A DNA stretch of 64,000 nucleotides from the human T2T-CHM13v2.0 reference genome, Homo sapiens. Position numbers and translations under genes: made by a program. The notes under the pieces are model-generated. The model was not told where the DNA came from and searched no databases. It saw nothing but the letters and a program-made list of their open reading frames with translations. This document shows positions 13,510 through 27,909 of the stretch, piece after piece. The stretch lies in assembly GCF_009914755.1 (NCBI RefSeq), contig NC_060929.1, one strand, 5' to 3'. Numbering within the stretch: position 1 is the first letter of the stretch; every line of letters starts with the position of its first letter.

Positions 13510-15284
13510 TCAGAACTTGAGGACTAAGTCTCTAAAATTTTCAGACAAAAAATTTTTTAAAAATTATAAAATGAAAAAAACCTCTGAGAAGTATGGGATT
13601 ATGTAAAGAGACCAAATCTATGAATCATTGGCATCCATGAAAGGGAGGGAGAGAAAGCAAACAATTTGGAAAACACATTTGAGATATCATCTATGAAAAC
13701 ATCCCCAACCTTGCTAGAGAGGCCAACAGTCAAATTCAGAAAATACTTCTGAAAGATTCTATACATGATGATCATCCCCAAGACACATAATCAGATTTTC
13801 CAAGGTCGCAATGAAAGAAAGAATATTAAACACAGCTAGAGAGAAAGGGCAGGTCACCTACAAAAGGAACCCTGTTAGGCTAACAGCAGACCTCTCAGCT
13901 AAAGCCCTACATGCCAGAAGAGATTGGGGGGCTTATATTCAACATTCTTAAAGAAAAACATCTTCAACCAAGAATTTTATATCCAGCCCAACTAAGTTTC
14001 CTAAGTGAAGGAGAAATAAAATCCTTTTCAGATAACAAAATGTTGGGGGAATTCATTACCACCAGACCTGCCACATGAGAGATCTTGAAAGCAGCACTAA
14101 ATATAGAAAGGAAAGACTGCTATCAGCTAATACAAAAACTAGAAGCAAACACACAAAAGCCAACATCTTAAGCAACTAACAGCACAATGACAGAATCAAA
14201 TCCATACATATCAATACTAACCTTGGATATAAGTGGGCTAAATGCCCTCTTAAAAGGCACAGAGTGGCAAGCTGGATAAAAAAGCAAGACCCTATGGTAT
14301 GCTGCCTTTAAGAGACATCTCACATGTAATGACACTCACAGACTCAAAATGAAGGAATGGAGGAAAATCTACCAAGCAAATGGAAAACAAAAAAGTAAAG
14401 GTTGCAATCCTAACTACAGACAAAACAGATTTCAAACCAGTGAAGATCAAAAAACACAAAGAAGGGCATTACATAATGGTAAACGGTTCAATTTAATAAG
14501 AACTAACAATCCTAAATATATATGCAACCAACACAGGAGCATCCAGATTCATAAAGCAAGTTCTTAGATATCTACAAAGAGACAGACTCCTACACAATAA
14601 TAGTAGGATACTTCAACACTCCATTGACAGTATTAGACAGATCATTGAGGCAGAAAATTAACAAGATATTCGGGACCTAACCTCAACACTGGTCCAAATG
14701 AATCTGTTAGACCTTTACAGAACTCTCCACCCCAAAACAACAGAATATACATTATTCTCATTATCAAATGGCACATACTCTAAAATCAACCACATAATTG
14801 GATATAAAACAATCCTCAACAAGTGTAAAAGAGTCAAAATCATATGAAACACACTCTCAAACCACAGCACAATAAAAATAGAAGACAATGAAAATCGCTC
14901 AAAACCATGCAATTACATGGAAATTAAACAGCATGCTCCTGAATGACTTTTGGATAAATAATGAAATTAAGGCAGAAATCAAGAAGTTCTTTGAAAATAA
15001 GAACAAAGATAAAACATACCAGAATATCTGGGACCCAGCTAAGGCAGTGTTAAGAGGGGAATTCATAGCACTAAATGCCCTCATCAAAAAGTTAGAAAGA
15101 TCTCAAATTAACCTAACTTCACAACTGAAAGAATTAGAGAAGGAAGAACAAATCAGCTCCAAAGCTAGCAGAAGATAATAAAAATCAGAACTGAACTACA
15201 AATTGAGACATGAAAAACCACTCAAAAGATCAATTAATCCAGGAGTTGGTTTTTTGAAAAAATTAACAGATAGGTCACTAGCTA

Positions 15285-15744
<460 letters not shown>

Positions 15745-16035
15745 CTACAAAACCTAGATGAGATGGATACATTTCTGGAAACATACAGCCTACATCCTCC
15801 CACTTCCGAGCTAGGAAGAAATTGATTCCCTGATCAGACTAATAACAGGCTCTAAAATTGAATCAGTAATAAATAGCCTATCAACCAACCAGTAATAAAA
15901 AGCCTACCAACCAGTCCTGGGCTTTCAAAGAAGCATGTGACTGGATGGATTCACAGACGAATTCTACCAGATGTACAAAAAAAGAGATGGTACCATTCCT
16001 ACAGAAACTATTCCAAAAAATTTGACAAGGAATGA

Positions 16036-16209
<174 letters not shown>

Positions 16210-16481
16210 TAAGTAGGCTTCATCCCTGGGATGCAAGGTTGGTTCAACATAGGCAAAATCAAAAAATGTGATTTATCACATAAACAGGACTAAAGACAAA
16301 AACCACATGATTATCTCAATAGACACAGAAAAGACTTTTGATAAAATTCAACACTCCTTCATGTTAAAACTTCTCAAACTAGGTATTGAAGGAACATACC
16401 TCAAAATAATAAGAGCCATCTATGACCAACTTACAGCCAAAATTACATTGAGTGGGCAAAAGCTGGAAGCATTCCCCTTGA

Positions 16482-16580
<99 letters not shown>

Positions 16581-19267
16581 TAGGAAGAGAGAAAGTCAAA
16601 CATCTGTTTGCAGATGACATGATTAGTGTCAGCCCAAAAGCTCCTTAAGCTGATAAATAACTTCAAAGTTGCAGGATACAAAAATCCATGTACAAAAATC
16701 ATTAGTATTTCTATACATCAACAATGGCCAAACTGAGAGGCAAATCAAAAATGTAATCTCATTCACAAATGCCACAAAAATAAAATACTTAGGAATACAG
16801 CTAACAAGGAAGATGAAAAAGCTTTACAATGAGAATTATAAAACACTGCTCAAAGAAATCAGAGAAGACAAAAACAAATGGGAAAACATCCCATGTTCAT
16901 GAATACGAAAAATCAATACCATTAAAATGACTACACTGCCCAAAGCAATTTACAGATTCAATGCTATTCCTATCACACTACCAATGACATTTCACAGAAC
17001 TGGAAAAAACTATCTTAAAATTCATATGGAACCAAAAAAAGAGCCTGAACAGCTAAGGCATCCCTAAGCAAAAAGAACAAAACTGGAGGCATCACGTTAC
17101 CTGACTTCAAATTATACTACAATGCTACAGTAACCAAAACAGCATGGTACTGGTGCAAAAAACAGACACATAGACCAAGGGAGCAGAATAGACAGCCCAG
17201 AAATAGGACCACACATCTACAACCATCTGATCTTCAACAAAGCTGACAAAAAACAAGCAATGGGGAAAAGACTCCCTTGTCAATAAACAGTACTGGGATA
17301 ACTGGCTAGCCGTATGCAGAAGACTGAAGCTGGACCCCCTTGCTCACACCATACACAAAAATTAACTCGAGATGGATTAAAGACTTAAATGTAAAACCCA
17401 AAACTATAAAAACCCCAGAAGACAACATAGGCAATACCATCCTGGACATAGGAACAGGCAGGTTTCATGACAAAGACACTAAAAGCAATCGCAACGAAAA
17501 CAAAATTTGACAAGTGGGTCTGATTAAACTTAAGAGATACTGCACAGCAAAAGAAACTATCAACAGAGTAAACAGGCAATCTAAAATGGGAGAAAATTTT
17601 TGCAAACTATGCATCTGACAAAGGTCTAATATCCAGCATCTATGAGGGACTTAAATTTATAAGAAAAAACAACCCCATTAAAAAGTGGGCAAAGGACATG
17701 AACAGATATTTCTCAAAAGAAGACATACATGCAGCCAACAAACATATGTAAAAAGACTTAAAGAATAAAAAACTTTAAAAAAAAGAAAAAAGCTCAATAT
17801 TACTGATTAGAGAAATGCAAATAAAACCATAATGAGATACTAGTTCACACCAGTCAGAATAGCTATTATTAAAAACTCAAAAAATAACAGATACTGGTGA
17901 GGTTTTGGAGAAAAGTGCACACTTATACACTGTTGATGGGAGTGTAAATTAGTTCAACCATTGTGGAAAGCAGTATGTTGATTCCTCAAAGAGCTAAAAG
18001 CAGAACTACCATTAGACCCAGCAATCCCATTACTGGGTATATACCCAGCGGAATATTAAGTCATTCTACCATAAAGACACATGTATGCAAATGTTCATTG
18101 CAGCACTATTCACAATAGCAAATACATGGAATCAACTTAAATGCTCATAAATGACAGACTGGATAAAGAAAATGAGGTACATATGCACTATGGAATACTA
18201 CACAGCCATAAAAAAACAATGAGATCATGTCTTTTGTGGGAACATGGATGGAGCTGGAGGCCATTATCCTTAGCAAACCGACACAGAAACAGAAAACCAA
18301 AAGCTGCATGTTCTCACTTATAAGTGGGAGCTAAATAATAAAAACTTACTAACACAAAGAAGAAAACAATAGACACTGGAGTCTACTTGAGCGGGGAGGT
18401 TGGGAGGAGGGATAAGAGCAGAAAAGGTAACTATTGGGTACTGGCTTAATTCTTAGGTAATGTAATACATGTATGACAAACCCCCATGACATATGTTCAT
18501 CTATGTACCAAACCTTCACATATACCCCCAAATCTAAAAGAAACAAAAAAGGAAACATTACAATAGGAGACATACCACAGAAATATAAAAGATCAGAAAT
18601 TATAAATAACTAATAGAAAATTGATAAATTCCTGGACACACTAAACCTACCCAGATTGAGTCAGGAAGAAATAGAAAACCCGGACAGACCAACAATGAGA
18701 AATGAAATTGAACCAGTAATAAAAGGTCTGTCAACAAAAAAAAAGTGCAGGACTGCATGGCTTCACTGTTGAATTCTGCCAAACTTACAAAGAAGATTTA
18801 ATACCAATTTTCCTCAAACTGTTGCAAAAAATTGAAAAGGAGGAAAATTTCCCTAATTCATTCAAAGTTTTCCCTAATTAAAAAAAAAGAGAAAACCACA
18901 AGCCAATATCCCTGATTAACAGCGACAAAAATCCTCAAAATACTAAGCAAACTAAATCCAATATCAAAAACATAATACACCATGATCTAGTGGAATTTAT
19001 CCCAAGGATGCAAGGATGGTTCAACATATACAAGTTAAACATAATATATCACACCAACAGAAAGGAAGACAAAAATCATATCTCAGTAAATGGAGAAAAA
19101 GCATTTGATAAAATTCAACATCCCTTAATGATAAAAACTTCCAACATAGTAGGCATAGAAGGAACATACCTCAACATAATAAAGGCCATATACAACAAGT
19201 CCACATCTAACACCACACTGAATGGGAAAAACCTGAAAACCTTTTCTCTGAAAACTGAAACAAGTCA

Positions 19268-19703
<436 letters not shown>

Positions 19704-22029
19704 TTATCTAGAAAAAATCTTAAAACTTTATGAAAAAACTTATATTCATAAGTAAATTTAGCAAAATAGGATATAAAATCAACTTACAAAAATCAACAGC
19801 ATTTCTAAACACCAATAATAAACTGAGAAATAAATCAAAAAAGCAATCCCATTTACAATGGCTCCAAAAAAAATAATACCTAGGAATAAATTTAACCAAG
19901 GAAGCAAAAGACCTTTACAAGGAAAACTTCAAGACTCTGTTGAAAGAAATTAAAGAGGACACAAATAGAAAGACATCCCATGCTCACGAATCAGAAGAGT
20001 TAACATAGTTAAAATGACCATACTACCCAAAGCAATCTACAGATTCAACACAATCTCTATCAAAATACCAATGTCATTTTTCACAGAAATGGAAAAAAAA
20101 TCCTAGAATTCAAATGAAACCAAAAAAGAGCCAGAATAGTCAAAGTCCTCCTGAATAAAAAGAACAAAGCTGGAGGCATCATATTACCTGGTTCAAAATA
20201 TATTTCAAGGCTATAGTAACCAAAACAGCAAGTATTGGTATAAAAACAGACACACAGACCAATGGAGCAAAACAGAGAACACAGAAAAAGTCACATACTT
20301 ACAGCCAACTGATTTTTGACAAAGACACCAAGAACATACACTGGGCAAAGGACATGTTTTTCAATAAGTAATGCTGGGAAAATTGAATGTCTATATGCAG
20401 AAAAATGAAACTGGACCCCTATTTCTCACTGCACATAAATGTCAACTCAAGCTAGATGAAAGGCTTAAATGTAACATCTGAAAATATAAAACTACTAGAA
20501 GAAAACAGGGAAAACACTTCAGGACATTTATCTAGACAGATTTTATGGCTAAGACCTCAAAAGCACAGACAATAAAAACACAAATAGACAAGGAGACTAT
20601 CATAAACTAAAAAGCTTCTGCACAGTAAACAAAGCAATCAATGAAATGAAGAGACAATCTGTTGAATGTTTGAGAAAATATTAGCCAACTATTCATCCCT
20701 CAAGGGGCTATTATCTAGAATATACAAGCAACTCAAACAACTCAGTAATAATAATCACATGAAAAAGTGGAGAAATTACATAAATAGACATTTCTCAAAA
20801 GACGATCTACAAGTGGCCAACAGGTAAAAGAAATTTTTAAAAAGTTCATCACTACTCATCAGGGAAATGTACATTGAAACCAAAATGAGATATAGTTAGA
20901 GTAGCTATTATAAAATTTTTTTTAAAAAAAAAACAGATGCTGGCAAGGATACAGAGAAAAGGCAACTCTTGTACACTGTTGGTGGGAATGTAGATTAGCA
21001 TAGCCACTATGCAAAACAATATGGAGTTCTCTGAAAACTAAAAATAGAGCTACCATATGACCCAGCAATTCCACTGCTGGGAATTTAGTCAAAGGAAAAG
21101 AAATCAGTATATCAAATAGATACCTGCCCTCTCATATTTATTGCAGTACCATTCACAATAGCAAAGATAGGGAATCAACCCAAGTGGCCATCACTGTATG
21201 AATGAATGAATGAATAAATGAATGAATGAAATGTGATATATACAAAATGGGACACTATTTGGCCATAAAATAAAGAATGAAACCATGCCATTTTCAGCAA
21301 CATGGATAGAACTGAAGGTCATTATGTTAAATGAAATAATCCAGGCACAGAAAGACAAATATTGCATGTTCTCACTCATATATAAAGGCTAAGGAAGTTG
21401 ATCTCATAAAGGCTGAGAGTAGAATGATACATACCAGAGACTGGGAAAGGTATGTCGGTAGAGGGGGGATGAAGAGAGGTTGGTTAATGGATACAAACAT
21501 ACGGTTGCATAGAAGGAATAAGTTCTAATGTTTGATAGCAGAGTAGGGTGACTATAATTAACAATGTGTTATATATGTCAAAATAGCTAAAAGAGAGGCC
21601 TTGAGACATTCCCAACCTGAAGAAACAATATTCAAGGTGATGGATACCCTATATACCTAAACTTTATTATTACATATTCTATGCATGTAACAAAATAACA
21701 TGCACCACATTAATATGCACAAATATTATGTATCAATTCTAGAAATATGACAACCAACAATTTTATATCAAGCAAAACTGTCCTGCAGAAGTGAGGGAAA
21801 TATTTTATCCCTCACACCCTTCCCACACTTTCTTCAAGCCCCCAAAGTCCATTGTGTCATTCTTATGCCTTTGCACCCTGATAGCTTAGCTCCTACTTAT
21901 GAGTGAGAACATACAATATTTGGTTTTCCATTCCTGAGTTTCTTCACTTAGAATAATAGTCTCCAATCTCATCCAGGTTGCTGTGAATGCCATTAATTCA
22001 TTCCTTTTTATGGCTGAGTAGTATTCCAT

Positions 22030-22346
22030 CTCATATATGTGTGTGTATATATATATATAAAACATATATTATTCATATATATAAACTGATATATATACAT
22101 ATATGTATATATGTGGTTGATATATAGATATGTGATATATATCATATATATGTATATATATGTATCACATATATGATATATAGATATAGATGTATGATAC
22201 ATATATATGTATACATATGATATATATGTATACATATATGATATATATACACATGTTATTTATACACATATATGTGATATATACATATATATACATGTGA
22301 TATATACATATACACACATGTATATACATATGTGATATATATATAA
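22030..22346. repeat. Degenerate (TA)n/(TATG)n microsatellite
   Basis: Directly visible; lies within the inverted L1PB1 segment. Confidence 0.95.
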
Positions 22347-23916
22347 ATCACAGTTTCTGTATCCACTCATTGATTGGTGGCCATTTACTAAAATCTCATA
22401 GATCACCACCAAAGAACTTACTCATGTAACCAAACACTACCCAATAACCTATGGAAATAAAAAATTTTAAAAAATAAACTCGAGGGGCAGTTCCAAGATG
22501 GCTGAATAGGAACAGCTCTAGTCTACAGCTCCCGGCATGAGTAATGCAGAAGACAGGTGATTTCTGCATTTCCAACTGAGGTACTGGGTTCATCTCACTG
22601 GGGATCCTTGGACAGTGGGGGCAGGACAGTGGGTGCAGCCCACCTAGCATAAGCCAAAGCAGGGTGAGGCATTGCCTCACCTGGGAAGCCCAAGGGGTCA
22701 GGGAATTCCCTTTCCTAGCCAAGGGAAGGGTTGACATATGGCACCTGGAAAATCAGGTCACTCCTACCCTAATACTGCACTTTTCCAACTGTCTTAGCAA
22801 ACGGCACCACCAGGAGATTATAGCCCAAACATGGCTCAGAGGGTCCCATGCCCAAGGAGCCTCGCTCATTTTTAGCACAGCAGGCTGAGATCAAACTGCA
22901 AGGTGGCAGTGAGGCTGGGGGAGGGGCGCCCGCCATTGCTGAGGCTTGAGTAGGTAAACAAAGCAGCCAGGAAGATGGAACTGGGTGGAGACCACCTCAG
23001 CTCAAGGCGGCCTGCCTGCCTCTGTAGACTCCACATCTGGAGGCAAGGCATAGCCAAACAAAAAGCAGCAGAAACCTCTGCAGACTTAAATGTCCCTGTC
23101 TGACAGCTTTGAAGAGAGTAGTGGTTCTCCCAGCATGGAGTTTGAGGTCTGAGAACAGACAGACTGCCTCCTCAAGTGGGTCCCTGACCCCCGAGTAGCC
23201 TAAATGGGAGACACCCAGACTGACACCTCACACGGCCTGGTACCCCTCTGAAATGAAGCTTCCAGAGGAAAGAACAGGCAGCAACATTTGCTGTTCAGCA
23301 ATATTCACTGTTCTGCAGCCTCCGCTGCTGATACCCAGGCAAACAGGGTCTGGAGTGGACCTCCAGCAAACTCCAACTGACCTGCAGCTGAGGGTCCCGA
23401 CTGTTAGAAGGAAAACTAACATACAGAATGGACATCCACACCAAAACCCCATCTGTACATCACCATCATCAAAGACCAAAGGTAGATAAAACCACAAAGA
23501 TGGGGAAAAAACAGAGCAGAAAAGCTGAAAATTCTAAAAATCAGAGCGACTCTCCCCCTCCAAAGGAATGCAGCTCTTTGCCAGCAATGGAACAAAGCTG
23601 GACAGATAATGAATTTGACAAGTTGAGAGAAGAAGGCTTCAGACAATCAAACTTCTCCGCGCAAAAGGAAGAAGTTCGAACCCATCACAAAGAAGCTAAA
23701 AACCTTGAAAAAAGAGTAGACAAATGGCTAACTAGAATAACCAGTGTAGAAAATTCCTTAAATGACCTGATTGAGCTGAAAACCATGGCACGAGAACTAC
23801 ATGACAAATGCACAAGCTTCAGTAGCCGATTCGATCAACTGGAAGAAAGGGTATCAGTGATTGAAGATCAAATGAATGAAATGAAGTGAGAAGAGAAGTT
23901 TAAAGAAAAAAGAGTA

Positions 23917-25641
23917 GTGCTCTCCCTCTCCCTCTCCCCACGGTCTCCCTCTCCCTCTCTTTCCACGGTCTCCCTCTGATGCCAAGCCAAAGCTGGACTG
24001 TACTGCTGCCATCTCGGCTCACTGCAACCTCCCTGCCTGATTCTCCTGCCTCAGCCTGCTGAGTGCCCGGGATTGCAGGCGGGCGCCGCCACGCCTGACT
24101 GGTTTTCGTATTTTTTTGGTGGAGACGGGGTTTCGCTGTGTTGGCCAGGCTGGTCTCCAGCTCCTAACTGCGAGTGATCCGCCAGCCTCGGCCTCCCGAG
24201 GTGCCGGGATTGCAGACGGAGTCTCGTTCACTCAGTGCTCAATGGTGCCCAGGCTGGAGTGCAGTGGCCTGATCTCGGCTGGCTACAACCTCCACCTCCC
24301 AGCCGCCTGCCTTGGCCTCCCAGAGTGCCGAGATTGCAGCCTCTGCCCGGCCGCCACCCCGTCTGGGAAGTGAGGGGCGTCTCTGCCAGGCCGCCCATCG
24401 TCTGGGATATGAGGAGCCCCTCTGCCTGGCTGCCCAGTCTGGAAAGTGAGGAGCATCTCTGCCCGGCCGCCATCCCATCTAGGAAGTGAGGAGCGCCTCT
24501 TCCCAGCCGCCATCCCATCTAGGAAGTGAGGAGCGTCTCTGCCCGGCTACCCATCGTCTGGGATGTGAGGAGCACCTCTGCCCCGCCGCCCCATCTTGGA
24601 TGTGAGGAGCGCCTCTGCCCGGCCGCGACCCCATCTGGGAGGTGAGGAGCGTCTCTGCCCGGCCACCCAGTCTGAGAAATGAGGAGCCCCTCCGCCTGGC
24701 AGCCACCCCGTCTGAGAGGTGGGGAGCCTCTCCGCCCGGCAGCCGCCCTGTCTGGGAGGTGAGGAGCGTCTCCGCCCGGCGGCCACCCCATCCGGGAGGG
24801 AGGTGGGGTTCAGCCCCCCGCCCGGCAAGCCGCCCCGTCTGGGAGGGAGGTGGGGGGTCAGCCCCCCACCCGGCCAGCCTCCCCGTCCGGGAGGGAGGTG
24901 GGGGGTCAGCCCCCTGCCCGGCCAGCCGCCCCATCCAGGAGGGAGGTGGGGGGTCAGCCCCCCGCCCGGCCAGCCGCCCCATCCGGGAGGGAGGTGGGGG
25001 GTCAGCCCCCCGCCCAGCCAGCCGCCCCGTCTGGGAGGTGGGGGGCGCCTCTGCCCGGCCGCCCCTACTGGGAAGTGAGGAGCCCCTCTGCCCGGCCACC
25101 ACCCCGTCTGGGAGGTGTACCCAACAGCTCACTGAGAATGGGCCATGATGACAATGGCGGTTTTGTGGAATAGAAAAGGGGGAAAGGTGGGGAAAAGATT
25201 GAGAAATCGGATAGTTGCTGTGTCTGTGTAGAAAGAAGTAGACATGGGAGACTTTTCATTTTGTTCTGTACTAAGAAAAATTCTTCTGCCTTGGGATCCT
25301 GTTGATCTATGACCTTACTTACCCCCAACCCTGTGCTCTCTGAAACATGTGCTGTGTCCACTCAGGGTTAAATGGATTAAGGGCGGTGCAAGATGTGCTT
25401 TGTTAAACAGATGCTTGAAGGCAGCATGCTCGTTAAGAGTCATCACCACTCCCTAATCTCAAGTACCCAGGGACACAAACACTGCGGAAGGCCACAGGGT
25501 CCTCTGCCTAGGAAAACCAGAGACCTTTGTTCACTTGCTTATCTGCTGACCTTCCCTCCACTATTGTCCTATGACCCTGCCAAATCCCCCTCTGCGAGAA
25601 ACACCCAAGAATGATCAATTTAAAAAAAAAAAAAAAAAAAA
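23917..25641 (+). mobile_element. SVA retrotransposon (SVA_C/D-like)
   Basis: Short CCCTCT hexamer, antisense Alu-like domain, GC-rich VNTR ~24330-25110, SINE-R (HERV-K env/LTR-derived) region, A tail 25622-25641. Confidence 0.95.
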
Positions 25642-26014
25642 GAGGATCAACAAATGGTGGGACTGTAACCTACAAGAGAAATGAGACTCTTTGAGTACCA
25701 GAGTGCAGTCTGTATTAAGCTTTTAAAATGTGTCCCACATAAAGATGGGAACAACAGACCCTGAGGACTACAAGAGTGGGAAGGGCAGGAGGGGGGGAGG
25801 GTTGAAAAACAACCTATTCAGGACTCTGCTTACTACCAGGGTGACAGATTCAATTGCACCCCAACCTCAGCACCCCAACCTCATACCCCAATATACCCAC
25901 GTAACAAACCTATATGTGTACCCCCGAATCTAAAAGTTGAAATTTAAATAAAATCTGACCTAAAAAAAAATAATAATAAATAAATAAACAAATTTAAAAG
26001 CAAAAAAGAAAAAA
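25642..26014 (+). mobile_element. SVA 3'-transduced segment (unique sequence, old L1 3'-end fragment, second A-rich tail)
   Basis: Lies inside the SVA TSD AAAGAAAAAAGAGTA (23902-23916 / 26015-26029); AATAAA at 25947-25952 precedes the A-rich tail from 25962. Confidence 0.85.
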
Positions 26015-27166
26015 AAAGAAAAAAGAGTAAAAAGAAACAAAGCCTCCAAGAAATATGGGACTACGTGAAAAGACCAAATCTATGTCTGATTGGTGTACCT
26101 GAAAGTGATGGGGAGAATGGAACCAAGTTGGAAAACACTCTACAGGATATTATCCAGGAGAACTTCCCCAACCTAGCAAGGCAGGCCAACATTCAAATTC
26201 AGGAAATACAGAGAACACCACAAATATACTCCTTGAGAAGAGCAACTCCAAAACACATAATCATTAGATTCACCAAGGTTGAAATGAAGGAAAAAATGTT
26301 AAGGGCAGCCAGAGAGAAAGGTCAGGTTACCAACAAATGGAAGCCCATCAGACGAACAGCAGATCTCTTGGCAGAAACTCTACAAGCCAGAAGAGAGTGG
26401 GGGCCAATATTCAACATTCTTAAAGAAAAGAATTTTCAACCCAGAATTTCATATCCAACCAAACTAAGCTTCATAAGTGAAGGAGAAATAAAATCCTTTA
26501 CAGACAAGCAAATGCTGAGAGATTTTGTCACCACCAGGCCTGCCTTACAAGAGCTCCTGAAGGTAGCACTAAACATGGAAAGGAACAGCTGGTACCAGCC
26601 ACTGCAAAAACATGACAAGTTGTAAAGACCATCGAGGCTAGGAAGAAACTGCATCAACTAACGAGCAAAATAACCAGCTAACAACATAATGACAGGATCA
26701 AATTCACACATAACAATATTAACCTTAAATGTAAATGGGCTAAATGCTCCAATTAAAACACACAGACTGGCAAATTGCATAAAGAGTCAAGACCCATCAG
26801 TGTGCTGTATTCAGGAGACCCATCTCACGTGCAGAGACACACAAAGGCTCAAAATAAAGGGATGGAGGAAGATCTACCAAGCAAATGGAAAACAAAAAAA
26901 GGCTGGGGTTGCAATCCTAGTCTCTGATAAAACAATGAGAACACCTGGACACAGGAAGGGGAACATCACACACCGGGGCCTGTTGTGGGGTGGGGGGAGG
27001 GGGAAGGGATAGCATTAGGAGATATACCTAATGTAAATGACGAGTTAATTGGTGCAGCACACCAACATGGCACATGTATACATATGTAACAAACCTGCAC
27101 GCTGTGCACATGTACCCTAGAACTTAAAGTATAATTTTAAAAAAATTAAAAATGAAAAATAAACTC

Positions 27167-27322
27167 ATGAGTCAACAAACTGCAGCCCTTGAGCCAAATT
27201 CAGCTTGCTACTCATTTTTCTACAGCTAATGAGCTAAGAATAATTTGTACAGTTTAAAATAGTTGAAAAATTAACAGGAATAATATTTCATGATATGTGA
27301 AAATGTTATGTAATTTACATTT
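27167..27322 (+). mobile_element. MER58B-like hAT fragment (part of the L1PB1 3' transduction)
   Basis: gtcaacaaactgcagcccttgagccaaattcagc...gagctaagaat resembles the recalled MER58B 5' part. Confidence 0.65.
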
Positions 27323-27389
27323 TAGGGTAATAAATTAAGTTTCACTGGGGGAAAAAAAGTGAGGGAGATATTAAAAGATTCCCAGATAA

Positions 27390-27909
27390 CGCTTTTGCAG
27401 CCATCACCAAAGTGGGAGCAACCAAAACAAAGTTCAATCCCTTTGTGACTTCCAACCGAAGGAAGAATTGCAAAAGGCATTTCAAAGCACCTTCCCACAT
27501 TCCCAGAAAGATGTCTTCCCCTCTTTCCAAACAGCTGAGACAGAAGTACAACGTGTGGTCCCTGCCCATCCGAAAGGATGATGAAGTTCAGGTTGTATGA
27601 GGACACTATAAAAGGTCAGCAAATTGGCAAAGTAGTCCAGGTTTATAAAAGAAATATGTTATCTACACTGTATGGGTGCAGCAGGAAAAGGCTAATGGTG
27701 CAACTGTCCACATATGCATTCACCCCAGCAAGGTGGTTATCACTAGGCTAAAAACAGACAAAGACCACAAAAAGATCCTTGAATGGAAAGCCAAATCTCA
27801 CCAAATGGGAAAGGAAAAGGTCAAACACAAGGAAGAAACAATTGAGAAGATGCAGGAATAAAGTAATCTTATACACAAGCTTTGATTAAAATTTAACAAC
27901 TGAAAAAAG
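27390..27909 (+). pseudogene. RPL26P: RPL26 processed pseudogene (60S ribosomal protein L26/uL24)
   Basis: Intronless; translates to KFNPFVTS...KDDEVQVV and ...[10 protein letters not shown]; start ATG->ACA at 27427, premature TGA at 27598-27600 and frameshifts; 5' and 3' UTR remnants with ATTAAA; TSD AGATTCCCAGATAA 27376-27389 / 27910-27923. Confidence 0.95.

Larger units (their letters stand above)
22482..27154 (+). mobile_element. L1PA4-like LINE-1 with complete 5' UTR, SVA-interrupted ORF1 and most of ORF2 deleted
   Basis: 5' end gaggggcagttccaagatggc; ORF1 MGKKQSRK at 23500, C-terminal part 26065-26625; ORF2 MTGSNSHIT at 26689 jumps to the 3' UTR at ~26931; TSD AAAAATAAACTC 22470-22481 / 27155-27166. 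Confidence 0.9.
21805..27356 (+). mobile_element. 5'-truncated, 5'-inverted (twin-primed) L1PB1-like insertion with a 3' transduction, later interrupted by L1PA4
   Basis: Antisense L1 3'-region at 21805-~22385 joined to a sense L1PB1 3' end at ~22386-22475; TSD AAGTGAGGGAAATATT 21789-21804 / AAGTGAGGGAGATATT 27357-27372. Confidence 0.75.

Noticed and set aside
24019-25614. Dense overlapping GC-rich ORFs up to 217 aa, and a repeat array resembling repeat-spacer structure
   Set aside because: These are the SVA Alu-like domain and VNTR; stop-poor repeats give spurious ORFs, and there are no unique spacers, so this is not a CRISPR-like array
27412-27861. Functional RPL26 retrogene
   Set aside because: Start codon lost, premature stop and frameshifts
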